NCBI GenBank assembly: GCA_963727775.1
Contig: CAVSHB010000002.1
Location: 160,001 to 224,000 of the forward strand
DNA: 64,000 bases
Origin: an uncultured Nitrospiraceae bacterium
GTDB taxonomy: Bacteria; Nitrospirota; Thermodesulfovibrionia; Thermodesulfovibrionales; SM23-35
Reading direction: 5' to 3'
Shown: positions 1 to 8,821 of the stretch, in pieces
How positions within the stretch are numbered: the first letter of the stretch is position 1
How the letters are laid out: each line of letters starts with the position of its first letter
Notes under the pieces: generated by a model
The model's input: only the letters and a program-made list of their open reading frames with translations
What the model was told of the DNA's origin: nothing
The model's database searches: none
Position numbers and translations under genes: made by a program

Positions 1-322
1 TGAGTATCTCGATAACGTCCTCTGTCTTTTCCGCACCAATCCTGTTTTCAACGCCGTATGTTTTGGTTTTCTCTTTATGGCTGTTATCCTCATCTTTTTC
101 TGAGGACCCGGCCTCCTGCTCAATAGGCACCTCAACCTTCGGCGTGTGTCCTGTTGTCTCCTCATGTGAATCAATCACCGCTGGGGGTTCCTGAATGATA
201 TTTTTACCGACCGGATTCGTCTCTTGTTCTTCCTGTCTTTTTGCGACTTGATTATTTTCTTTTGACCGTTGATTGTCGGCCTCAGCCTTTGCGAGCTTTT
301 TCCTAATTTTCGCGATATCCAT
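1..322 (-). CDS. cheW: Probable CheW-family protein with long charged N-terminal extension (partial, runs off the window)
   Basis: Manual translation from ATG 322: MDIAKIRKKLAKAEADNQ...GAEKTEDVIEIL, open to the window edge. It overlaps the stop of the upstream AAA gene. The CheW call rests on che-operon context and the N-terminal style; the CheW domain itself is outside the window. Confidence 0.55.
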   Translation of the reverse strand, partial: MDIAKIRKKLAKAEADNQRSKENNQVAKRQEEQETNPVGKNIIQEPPAVIDSHEETTGHTPKVEVPIEQEAGSSEKDEDNSHKEKTKTYGVENRIGAEKTEDVIEIL

Positions 323-1121
323 TTAATCCGAGCTCCATTGCCGCCCCATTAATAAGAGAACCATCTATAATCTGCTGTTCTTTACTGAAACCGTCAAGAA
401 GTGCAGATGTCGCAAGACTGTTAATGACCCTTGGGATCCCGCCTGAGAAGTGATAGAGGCGATTCAAAGCATCATCTGTAAACAAAGGGCCGCCAATCCC
501 CGAGACCTTCAGTCTGTGCTCGATGTAGTCTTTTATCTCATGCTCAGCTAAAGGTCCGAGGTGATAAAAAAGTCCTATCCTCTGCCGCAACGGGAGATAT
601 GTTTTATGATTAAGTCTTTTCCTTAATTCCGTCTGGCCGACGAGTATAAGACTCAGAAGGTTTGTATAATCAAGCTGGAAGTTTGTCAGCAGTCTGATCT
701 CCTCAAACGTATTCTTATTCGGGATAAGCTGTGCCTCGTCTATTATAATGACTGGCGTTATTCCGGACTCGTAGTCTTTATAGACCTTTTCATAAATTGC
801 ATCGAGCAGGTTATCCTTGTAATTGTATGGTACCTCTATATCAAAACGTTTTGCGACCGTCCTTAAGAACTGAAGAGGTGTAAGCTGAGGATTTATTATG
901 ACGATTACCCTGTATTTTTCTCCGAGGGAGTCCATTAAGGCGCGCGTTAAGGTTGTCTTGCCGCTGCCGACTTCTCCTGTAAGCAGGATCAGGTCTCTTT
1001 CCTCAACCGCATATTGCAGTCTTGCCAATGCCTCTTCATGACTTCGGCTCAAAAAAAGAAATTTAGGGTCCGGCGTTTTGGTAAACGGTCTCTGCGTCAG
1101 CCCGTAGAATTCTTCATACAT
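303..1121 (-). CDS. ExeA/GspA-family AAA ATPase
   Basis: N-terminal MYEEFYGLTQRPFTKTPDPKFLF, Walker A GEVGSGKT, Walker B IIIDEAQ, C-terminal SGGIPRVIN. Confidence 0.9.
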   Translation of the reverse strand: MYEEFYGLTQRPFTKTPDPKFLFLSRSHEEALARLQYAVEERDLILLTGEVGSGKTTLTRALMDSLGEKYRVIVIINPQLTPLQFLRTVAKRFDIEVPYNYKDNLLDAIYEKVYKDYESGITPVIIIDEAQLIPNKNTFEEIRLLTNFQLDYTNLLSLILVGQTELRKRLNHKTYLPLRQRIGLFYHLGPLAEHEIKDYIEHRLKVSGIGGPLFTDDALNRLYHFSGGIPRVINSLATSALLDGFSKEQQIIDGSLINGAAMELGLNGYREN

Positions 1122-3075
1122 ATGACAAGCCTTCCTGCTTTATGAGGGATTTTTCCATGATAGACTCGATATCAAGTACGAGTATGACCTCATGCCTGCC
1201 TATTTCTGCCGCGCCTGCAAAACCGCTTAGCCCTTTGAAATATTCACCCAACGATTTTATAACGATCTCGTTCTGACCGAGAATCTCATCAACGAGAAGT
1301 CCTAATTTCCTATTGCCGAAACCGACAACGATTGCAAACAATACGTCGCTTTGTTTCGTTTCTATATTGAATATTTTGCCTATGCTCATTATGGGCAGCA
1401 TTTCGCCCCTGAGATAGTATACATCCTTCCATTCTATGGTTTGGATATCTTTAGGCTCAAATGCGACAGTCTCGGATATTGTTGTTATCGGTATTGCGAA
1501 CCTTTCTATGCCGGCTTTTACAATTAATGCTTTGATGATTGCGAGTGTAATCGGAAGGGTTAGGGTGAAAGTTGTGCCTTCATTCTTTTTTGTATAGACC
1601 TCTATAAAACCACCCAGCGAGGAAAGTTTTTCCTTGACAACATCCATACCGACGCCCCTTCCGGAGATCTCGCTCACGCTTTCTTTTGTGCTGAAGCCGG
1701 GTAGGAAGATGAAATCAATGACCTCTCTTTCCGCAGCCTCGGCGGTAGGTTCGAGAAGCCCTTTTTCTATGGCTTTCGCCCTGACCTTTTCCAGATTTAT
1801 CCCGCAACCATCATCTGTTAATTCGATGACAACATGGTTTCCCCTCTGGAATGCCTTCAGGACGACGGCGCCATGTTCTTTCTTACCCTTTTCCTTCCTC
1901 TCATCGGAAGGCTCTATTCCATGGTCGATTGAATTCCTTACGAGATGCATCAAAGGATCGACTATTTCTTCAGCCAACGATTTATCGAGTTCAGTATCTT
2001 CACCGTACAGGGTTATGTCTATCTCTTTCCCTATCTCTCTCGAATAACGTCTGATTACCTGAGCGAGCCTCGAAAATATCTGGCCTACGGGCACCATGCG
2101 TATCTCGAGAACTTCATCCTGCAGTTCTGTCAGCTTTCTTTCAAGGGTCTGGGATATTTTCTGGACATCGCGTATAAGCGGAGAATAATGATCAACCTCG
2201 GACATGTCTGCGCCGATTCTCTTGACAGCGTCCTTTGCAAGGGTGAGTTCGCCTATTGTATTCAGTATCCTGTCAAGTTTATCTATATCGACTCTTACTG
2301 TAGTTGTCGTGCTTTTGATCGACTGTTCATGTTTTTTTTGAGGGTGGAGACCCATCTGTTTTGAGTGAACCAATACCTCTATATCCTCGCCTAATTGCCC
2401 TGTTAACTCGCCGAGGGGAAGATTGCTGCCGAACATAAGATTGAAGCCTATTGAGCCTTCAGGCACATCGGCTGACGTCGGCAATGTTGATATGAGTTCG
2501 CCTTTCGATTTTATTGTTTTTGTAATTTCCTCGAGTGATGTATCGAAGGAAGAAAGGTCAAATATTGCCTTCAGAAGACAGATGTTGTTGCCGGCTTTTA
2601 TATTTGTTTTAAGCCTGTGTTCCTCATATTCCGACAGGACTTTAATTATGGAATCATCAATGACCCCTTGAAGATTTACGCTGCTCTCACTCTCCTTCAA
2701 TGATGCCCTGAATGTCTTTATATCATCGATAAACTCTGTTAGATCCGATTCCTTGTCTTCTTTAACTCCATCTACAGCAGACCTCAGTATATCTACGTTC
2801 TTAAAAAGAAAATCTACTACGTCCCCGGTTACGGTTATCTTCCCGAGCCGTATTTCATCCAGTAAAGATTCGAGGTTATGGCTGAGATCCGTCATCTCCT
2901 TACTCCCGAATAGGCCTGAAAGTCCTTTTAGAGTATGCATGGAACGAAAAAGCGCATTGATGGTGTCGGGGTTTATGGCTGAATGATAAGTATCCTGGAT
3001 CTCGATTACTAACTGCTGGCTTTCGAAAAGGAGGTCCTCAGCTTCTGCTATGAACTCTTTTTTTGAGGCCTTCAT
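1114..3075 (-). CDS. cheA: Chemotaxis histidine kinase CheA
   Basis: HPt LFRSMHTLKG, dimerisation VRVDIDKLD, HLVRNSIDHGIE, GFST...SGRGVGMDVV, C-terminal CheW-like P5 domain. Confidence 0.97.
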   Translation of the reverse strand: MKASKKEFIAEAEDLLFESQQLVIEIQDTYHSAINPDTINALFRSMHTLKGLSGLFGSKEMTDLSHNLESLLDEIRLGKITVTGDVVDFLFKNVDILRSAVDGVKEDKESDLTEFIDDIKTFRASLKESESSVNLQGVIDDSIIKVLSEYEEHRLKTNIKAGNNICLLKAIFDLSSFDTSLEEITKTIKSKGELISTLPTSADVPEGSIGFNLMFGSNLPLGELTGQLGEDIEVLVHSKQMGLHPQKKHEQSIKSTTTTVRVDIDKLDRILNTIGELTLAKDAVKRIGADMSEVDHYSPLIRDVQKISQTLERKLTELQDEVLEIRMVPVGQIFSRLAQVIRRYSREIGKEIDITLYGEDTELDKSLAEEIVDPLMHLVRNSIDHGIEPSDERKEKGKKEHGAVVLKAFQRGNHVVIELTDDGCGINLEKVRAKAIEKGLLEPTAEAAEREVIDFIFLPGFSTKESVSEISGRGVGMDVVKEKLSSLGGFIEVYTKKNEGTTFTLTLPITLAIIKALIVKAGIERFAIPITTISETVAFEPKDIQTIEWKDVYYLRGEMLPIMSIGKIFNIETKQSDVLFAIVVGFGNRKLGLLVDEILGQNEIVIKSLGEYFKGLSGFAGAAEIGRHEVILVLDIESIMEKSLIKQEGLSYV

Positions 3076-3458
3076 ATTCTCAATAGTGCTTGCTTTATAA
3101 CTTCCTGGAGTTCATGTGCTTTGAACGGTTTAGTAATATACGCTATTGCACCCAATGACAGGCCCCTCTTCTTGTCCTCTTCGCTCCGCTCTGTGCTGAC
3201 TATTATTAAGGGGATATGATTGTACCGTGGATTATTCTTAATAAAGCTTATAAGTTCAAGTCCGTTTATATCAGGCATATTTACATCGGTTATAACAAGG
3301 TTGAATTCCTGCGTGGGCAAAAGTTTTAGCGCTTCGAATCCCGACCCGGCCTCTGCAATCGTAAAGTCTTCCATTTCATCAACAACGGCCTTAATGAGAG
3401 CCCTTGTTGTTGCCGAATCTTCAACGATAAGAATGGCTTTGGCGGCATCTCTCTGCAT
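3072..3458 (-). CDS. cheY: CheY-like single-domain response regulator
   Basis: ILIVEDS, ITDVNMPDINGLE, YITKPF; overlaps the cheA start. Confidence 0.88.
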   Translation of the reverse strand: MQRDAAKAILIVEDSATTRALIKAVVDEMEDFTIAEAGSGFEALKLLPTQEFNLVITDVNMPDINGLELISFIKNNPRYNHIPLIIVSTERSEEDKKRGLSLGAIAYITKPFKAHELQEVIKQALLRI

Positions 3459-3493
3459 TGTCTAAATTCTAACAGATTGAAATAAAAAAAACA

Positions 3494-4621
3494 TTATAAT
3501 TCAGTCTTTTTTTCCATCTCCTGCAGTCTTCTCTGAAGCAATGATTTTTCAAGGGCAAGCCCTGCCTGATCTATGAATATTTCAAGACCTTCCGTCTCCC
3601 TGATTTTTTCTCCATTTACCAGATTGTCACAGTAAAGAAGCGCAACGACCCTCCCTTCAGCGACTATCGGGAAGAAGGCGGATTCATTAGGCCGCTGTCC
3701 GCCGATTTCTTTGATCAGCGACCCGATAACCCTATCGTTGTTTTCAACGGCTCCTCTGTATGGTCGTTTGTCGAATATAATCTTTTTCAGGAAATCGCTT
3801 TCCTCATATGGTAATGTTATCTCTCTTATTTTTTCATCGGGACTCTCTATCTCAAGGCCGAACTGTCCGAGCCCTATCATCTCGGAGTCTCCAACCATAA
3901 AAAGGATCCCTCTCTGGAATATGTCGCTTGCGAATCTTAAAATAAGCAGGGTTATCTCTGAAGCAGAATTAGGGAACCTCAGTTCCTGAGTTAACGCTCT
4001 AAGTGATACGATGTCTTTTCTTTCTGCCTGGGGCTGTATGTCCCAATCTTCTTCCCATGCCCCTTCCTCTTCCTTGAATCCCGTGAATTCCTCTGAAGAA
4101 ACCGACACTGTCTGAGAAGATTCATCATGTACCCGCGCTCCCTCCATCAAAAGATATTCCGGACTCATACCTTTCGAAATCTCCCATCCGAGATCGGGTA
4201 TGTCGGCCTTCCCATGCGGGTCTATATCATCAAGTTCAAACTGGAAATCACCGTCCTGCCAGACAAGAAGCTGATAAACGACTTTCTCTATTCTCTTCCG
4301 CGTTATTTTCTCAAGGGTGTCTTTATTGACCGAGCCGAGTTCATACAATATTTCCGAGTAGGATTTTGAAGGCAGCTTTTTTTTTACTTCAGCGGCTAAA
4401 TTATATATGGTGTCTTTTATTGTCCCGGCGCGAAACAGGTCTTCCCCGAGGGTTTTATCAATGTCGTTTGTCTCTGCCCTGAAGACAAGGCCCTTCTTAA
4501 AGGTGATGAGTGCATTCCCGCGGCTTCCCTTGAGAACGAGTGTGCCTGTCTTCTTGCCTATGCTGAGTATCTGGAAGATATCAGAAAGGGCAAGATCTTC
4601 CAGCCTTCCGACAAGACTCAT
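3494..4621 (-). CDS. DUF4388 (PatA-N-like) protein with C-terminal GAF-like domain
   Basis: N-terminal MSLVGRLEDLALSDIFQILSIGKKTGTL...LVWQDGDFQF; C-terminal FPIVAEGRVVALLYCDN...QAGLALE is GAF-like. Confidence 0.8.
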   Translation of the reverse strand: MSLVGRLEDLALSDIFQILSIGKKTGTLVLKGSRGNALITFKKGLVFRAETNDIDKTLGEDLFRAGTIKDTIYNLAAEVKKKLPSKSYSEILYELGSVNKDTLEKITRKRIEKVVYQLLVWQDGDFQFELDDIDPHGKADIPDLGWEISKGMSPEYLLMEGARVHDESSQTVSVSSEEFTGFKEEEGAWEEDWDIQPQAERKDIVSLRALTQELRFPNSASEITLLILRFASDIFQRGILFMVGDSEMIGLGQFGLEIESPDEKIREITLPYEESDFLKKIIFDKRPYRGAVENNDRVIGSLIKEIGGQRPNESAFFPIVAEGRVVALLYCDNLVNGEKIRETEGLEIFIDQAGLALEKSLLQRRLQEMEKKTEL

Positions 4622-4761
4622 TTGAATTCAGACCCTTTCGAGATCATTGCTCTGCTACCGGGCTAACACAAACCAGTTTATCTCCCTGTCATGAAAGATA
4701 CATTAAGGAATAAGAAATCCCCTGCCAGTTTTCAGATGTACGCTATAATTAATTGTAATCG

Positions 4762-4791
4762 AGTATATCAGGTAAAATTAAAGCGTGTCAA
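4762..4791 (-). promoter_or_regulatory. Sigma70-type promoter of the che cluster
   Basis: Minus strand TTGACA-18 nt-TATACT with an extended -10 TG. Confidence 0.6.
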
Positions 4792-4861
4792 CGAATGCAT
4801 TAGGGGATGGAAGACACATTTCTGGCCGGAAAACATACTGTCAGGCATTACATGAAAAAGT

Positions 4862-5068
4862 TTAACTAATAGGTCTGCTTTGCCTTCTCAGCCGTGCGTT
4901 CTTAATTCTCCTCTTCTGCGCTTCTCTTTGTTTTTTCCTTAACTTAACAGAGGGCTTGTCGTAGTAACGCCTTTCCTTGAGCTCCCTCAAAAGGCCGTCC
5001 TTTTGCATCTGCCGCTTCAGGATCTTTAGGGCTTTCTCAACATCATTTCCGTTAACTCTTATCTCCAA
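4862..5068 (-). CDS. rpsU: 30S ribosomal protein S21
   Basis: EKALKILKRQ...ERRYYDKPSVK motif; TTG start overlapping the RRM gene. Confidence 0.93.
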   Translation of the reverse strand: MEIRVNGNDVEKALKILKRQMQKDGLLRELKERRYYDKPSVKLRKKQREAQKRRIKNARLRRQSRPIS

Positions 5069-5397
5069 TTACCGGACTTCCTTCCACCAGCGTTAAATCC
5101 TCCTTGTCTGCCTCTACCGCCTCCGCCTCCGCCTGCCCTGTTTTTGAAAGTCTGGGGTCTTGCTTCGTTAACGGTGAGAGGTCTGTCAAGCAGTGTAGTG
5201 CCGTTAAGTTCGGCAATCGCCTTGTCAGCATCTGCATCTGAGGTCATCTCAACGAAACCGAATCCCTTTGAACGACCGGTCGCCGTATCTGTAATTATCT
5301 TTACTGATTGAACCTCTCCAATCTTCGCAAACACCTCTCGCAGTGCCTCTTCATCTGTTTTGTAAGAAAGGTTTCCTACAAAAATCTTTTTTGCCAT
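5059..5397 (-). CDS. RRM RNA-binding protein with Gly-rich tail
   Basis: RNP2 IFVGNL, RNP1 KGFGFVEM, Gly/Arg-rich C-terminus. Confidence 0.95.
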   Translation of the reverse strand: MAKKIFVGNLSYKTDEEALREVFAKIGEVQSVKIITDTATGRSKGFGFVEMTSDADADKAIAELNGTTLLDRPLTVNEARPQTFKNRAGGGGGGRGRQGGFNAGGRKSGNWR

Positions 5398-5508
5398 TTT
5401 TCCTTCTTCTCCTTCTTCTGTTGTCCTTTTTCCTCATGAGGTGTTGAATGCTCCTGAGGGATTCGGTTATTGTTCCCTTTGCAACGCTTAAACGCCATGC
5501 CTAACGAC

Positions 5509-5544
5509 AAAAAACCGCAGAGTCCAAAGTCTTTGCGGCTTTTT
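5509..5544 (-). terminator. Terminator-like hairpin inside the RRM leader (possible attenuator)
   Basis: Minus strand GCCGCAAAG-ACTTTGGA-CTCTGCGGT followed by a T-run; lies downstream of a TTGACA-18-CAGAAT promoter (5572-5601). Confidence 0.55.
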
Positions 5545-5762
5545 ATAACAAAAACTTTTGAAACTGCCAATATTCTGGCATAAGGCGATATGGAATGTCA
5601 AATGCAATGAAAGAAAAAGTCATGAAGAACATAAATATATCGAATATTCATGTTCTTAGGCCCACCCTAAAAATGTACTTCAACTCCATATTGGGCCGAT
5701 TAAAAGGGTTGGTATCCACTATTGACATCCGACCTAAGCCCACATCGTGTATAATAAAATCC

Positions 5763-6374
5763 ATGATTGCGATTATTGATTATGGAATGGGGAATCTGAG
5801 AAGCGTTGAGAAAGGGTTTCTAAAGGTTGGGGTAGATGCAAGAGTAGTAACAGATCCCAAGGCCATTGATGATGCAAAGGCTGTTGTCCTTCCGGGAGTC
5901 GGCGCCTTCAGAGACTGTATGAGGAACCTCGAACAGGCGTCATTCATAGAACCTATTAAGAGGGCTGTCCGGAAAGGCAAACCTTACCTCGGTATCTGCC
6001 TCGGGCTTCAGGTGCTGTTCACGGAATCGGAAGAGTTCGGGACCTATAAAGGCTTGGACATATTAACGGGAAAGGTTGTGAGGTTTCAGGTTGATCTGAA
6101 AGTCCCCCACATGGGTTGGAACAATGTGAAAATATTGAGGAGACCGCCGATCTTTGACGGGATAGAGGATGGGTCTTTCTTTTACTTTGTACACTCCTAT
6201 TATGTTGCCCCTGATGATTCTGATGTCATCGCGGGTACAACCGACTACGGCGTCACCTTTACCTCAATGATCTGGAAAGAGAATATTTTAGCGACTCAGT
6301 TTCACCCTGAAAAGAGCCAGGATGCCGGTCTCCGGATTCTGAAAAATTTTGGAGATTTTGTAAAAAAGGGTTAA
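5763..6374 (+). CDS. hisH: Imidazole glycerol phosphate synthase glutamine amidotransferase subunit
   Basis: MIAIIDYGMGNLRSV, LPGVGAF, GICLG, QFHPEKS; start moved from 5595 to ATG 5763. Confidence 0.97.
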   Translation: MIAIIDYGMGNLRSVEKGFLKVGVDARVVTDPKAIDDAKAVVLPGVGAFRDCMRNLEQASFIEPIKRAVRKGKPYLGICLGLQVLFTESEEFGTYKGLDILTGKVVRFQVDLKVPHMGWNNVKILRRPPIFDGIEDGSFFYFVHSYYVAPDDSDVIAGTTDYGVTFTSMIWKENILATQFHPEKSQDAGLRILKNFGDFVKKG

Positions 6375-6404
6375 CCTTCAAAGCCCGTATTAAGATCTGC
6401 AATC

Positions 6405-6881
6405 TCAATGGGTTTTCTGCGACTTCCCGCAGAGCTGTCGTAATAGTTCACTCACTTTCATTCTGAATAATGGGTGTATTAGGTCAGGCGCAATTTCCTG
6501 CAAAGGTCTTAAGACAAATTTTCTTTCATGCATTAAGGGGTGCGGGATTTTCAGATTATCCTCATCTATGACAATATTGCTGAAAAGGAGAATATCCAAG
6601 TCGATAGGCCGTGGCCCCCATTTGTATGACTTCTTCCTGCCGATTTCAGCTTCTACTTTTTTTAAAACGGCTAAAAGTTCATACGGCTTGAGGTCCGTCT
6701 CTATCTCGATTGCCATATTTATGAACTCCGGCTGGTCTTTGAGCCCCCACGGTTCAGTTTTATAGAGCGAGGAACTTTTATTGACTATGACGCCTTTCTT
6801 TTTTAGAAGTTCAATTGCATATACGCAATTTTTCTCCCTGTTGCCGAGATTGGAACCGATCCCGATATATACAATAGGCAT
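6405..6881 (-). CDS. folK: 2-amino-4-hydroxy-6-hydroxymethyldihydropteridine diphosphokinase
   Basis: YIGIGSNLG, WGPRPIDLDIL, IPHPLMHERKFVL. Confidence 0.97.
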   Translation of the reverse strand: MPIVYIGIGSNLGNREKNCVYAIELLKKKGVIVNKSSSLYKTEPWGLKDQPEFINMAIEIETDLKPYELLAVLKKVEAEIGRKKSYKWGPRPIDLDILLFSNIVIDEDNLKIPHPLMHERKFVLRPLQEIAPDLIHPLFRMKVSELLRQLCGKSQKTH

Positions 6882-6898
6882 CTGAATGCAATAGCTCT

Positions 6899-8071
6899 TT
6901 AAAGAATTTTCTGTATCCTGTCTATGGCTTCCTTAATCCTCTCGGACGATGCAGTGAGGGCAAACCTCACATACCCTTCTCCAGCGGTACCGAAGCCGTT
7001 CCCTGGGGTCGCAAGTACTCCTGCTTTGTCGAGCATATGTGTCACAAAACTCATAGACTCAAAACGATGAGGTGTCTTTACCCATACATAAAAGGTTGCC
7101 TGCGGTTTCATGAAATCCATCCCGAGTTTATTCAAGCCGTCACAGAGCACATCCCGCCTTTTTTGATAGGTTTTCCTTATTGTAGAAAGACTTTTCGGGT
7201 CCATGCCGAGGGCGACAATAGCTGCTTCCTGTATGGCCTGAAAAACTCCTGAATCAAGGTTGGTCTTTACTTTGCCCAGGCCGGCCAACACTTCTCTGTT
7301 TCCGACGGCAAAACCTATCCTCCATCCCGTCATATTGTAGGTTTTTGACAATGAATGGAATTCGATGCCCACGTCTTTTGCACCCGGAATCTGCATAAAA
7401 CTCAAAGGTCTTTGATCATAATAAATCTCGGTATATGATGCGTCATGGCATACAATGAAATTGTATTTTTGGGCAAGTCTTACCACCTGCTTATAGAACT
7501 CCACAGGAGCTACTGCTGAAGTCGGATTATTGGGGTAGTTTAAAAAAATGAGTTTTGTTTTCATCAAAACTTTTTCGGGTATTCCATCTAAATCAGGAAG
7601 GAACCCGTTTTTTGCCTTAAGAGGCATAAAGTAACTATTCCCGCCGGCGAATAAAGCGCCGATTGGATAGACGGGATAGCCGGGGGACGGAATAAGCACT
7701 ATATCTCCCGGGTTGACAAACGCTAAAGGAATGTGGCCGATGCCTTCTTTTGATCCGATTAATGACAGTGTCTCAGACTGGGGATCAAGCCGGACATCGA
7801 ACCTCGCTTTATACCATTCCGATATAGCTTCTCTGAACGATAGCATTCCTTCATAAGACGGATAACGGTGGTGGACGGGATTTTCAACTGCCTTCTTCAT
7901 CGCCTTTACGATTTTGGCCGGCGTTGGGATATCCGGATCTCCGATACTCAGATCAATAAGATCGGTGCCCTTTTGTATCGCTTTTTGTTTCATTTTATCT
8001 ATCGATGCAAAAAGATAAGGGGGAAGATGTTTCAACCGGGAAGCCAATTCAAAATGGACTTTTTTCTTCAA
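6899..8071 (-). CDS. dapL: LL-diaminopimelate aminotransferase (class I/II PLP aminotransferase)
   Basis: LPPYLFA, LIGSKEGIGH, NYPNNPT, SLSKTYNMTGWRIG; TTG start after an AGGAGG SD. Confidence 0.88.
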   Translation of the reverse strand: MKKKVHFELASRLKHLPPYLFASIDKMKQKAIQKGTDLIDLSIGDPDIPTPAKIVKAMKKAVENPVHHRYPSYEGMLSFREAISEWYKARFDVRLDPQSETLSLIGSKEGIGHIPLAFVNPGDIVLIPSPGYPVYPIGALFAGGNSYFMPLKAKNGFLPDLDGIPEKVLMKTKLIFLNYPNNPTSAVAPVEFYKQVVRLAQKYNFIVCHDASYTEIYYDQRPLSFMQIPGAKDVGIEFHSLSKTYNMTGWRIGFAVGNREVLAGLGKVKTNLDSGVFQAIQEAAIVALGMDPKSLSTIRKTYQKRRDVLCDGLNKLGMDFMKPQATFYVWVKTPHRFESMSFVTHMLDKAGVLATPGNGFGTAGEGYVRFALTASSERIKEAIDRIQKIL

Positions 8072-8184
8072 GACGACCTCCTGTTTTCAGAGTAGCTATA
8101 TTATATACTATAGCCTCTCGAAAAATTTAATGTTCCCACGGACGGGTTGAACAAGCTTACTCTTGAATAATAATTTGGTGAGAC

Positions 8185-8220
8185 AAAAAAATAAGGGCAC
8201 TGAATTTTCAGTGCCCTTAT
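8185..8220 (-). terminator. Intrinsic terminator
   Basis: ATAAGGGCACTGAA-TT-TTCAGTGCCCTTAT perfect stem; the adjacent A-run gives a U-tract on the minus strand. Confidence 0.88.
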
Positions 8221-8237
8221 TTATAAATACAGGGGAA

Positions 8238-8678
8238 TTACTTTTTATCTGCTGGTTTTGCTGCTGACTCAGCCTTCTTCTCTTTCTTCTCCATCTTCTT
8301 CTCAGCTTCTGCCGGCTTAATAGCGATGCTCTTTGCCATCATTTTGCCGTCAGCCTCTGTGTACTTGACGGTGACCTTATCGCCTGCTTTAACATCAGCG
8401 GCCATCTTTTTCTCTTTGCCCATCATAACCTTTGTTTTGGCATCGGTCATAACGGTGACATCACCCTTCTTTCCCTTTACGGTGACGGTGTTGGCTTTTG
8501 CGTCGACTGCTGCAACTTCACCGGTAATACTCTTTACCTTGGCCGGTGCTTTTTTCTCAGCGGCTTCAGCCGGCGCCTTCTTATCTTCCATCTTGGCTGC
8601 CTTGTCGGCTGCAAAGGAAAGTCCTGCAAAGGAAAGGACGAATACGAGAGATACGATAATAGCTATTACTTTCTTCAT
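8238..8678 (-). CDS. Secreted/periplasmic Lys/Ala-rich small beta-barrel protein (DUF5666/OB-fold-like)
   Basis: Signal peptide MKKVIAIIVSLVFVLSFAGLSFA; ITGEVAAVDAKANTVTVK...DVKAGDKVTVKY; SD GAAAGGAGGTG. Confidence 0.75.
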   Translation of the reverse strand: MKKVIAIIVSLVFVLSFAGLSFAADKAAKMEDKKAPAEAAEKKAPAKVKSITGEVAAVDAKANTVTVKGKKGDVTVMTDAKTKVMMGKEKKMAADVKAGDKVTVKYTEADGKMMAKSIAIKPAEAEKKMEKKEKKAESAAKPADKK

Positions 8679-8755
8679 CAAAATCACCTCCTTTCAATTT
8701 AATATTTTGTAAGGCCTGTAATCGGGCCCTTACTTTCTATAGTAAGAGTATGGAA

Positions 8756-8771
8756 AGCAATATGTATGCCA
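8756..8771 (-). promoter_or_regulatory. Sigma54 (-24/-12) promoter
   Basis: Minus strand TGGCAT-ACATA-TTGCT fits the TGGCAC-N5-TTGCW consensus. Confidence 0.85.
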
Positions 8772-8821
8772 TATTCAGAATGGCTATAACATAGGGATTG
8801 TTTTGATACACGTCTCCTCTT

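Noticed and set aside
4622..4760. c-di-GMP riboswitch in the che operon leader
   Set aside because: The characteristic conserved GEMM sequence and stems were not found
5595..5762. Extended N-terminus of hisH (likewise livH 12492, acyP 16093, rseP 28428, kinase 11707)
   Set aside because: Family-typical starts and -10 boxes or gene overlaps point to downstream start codons
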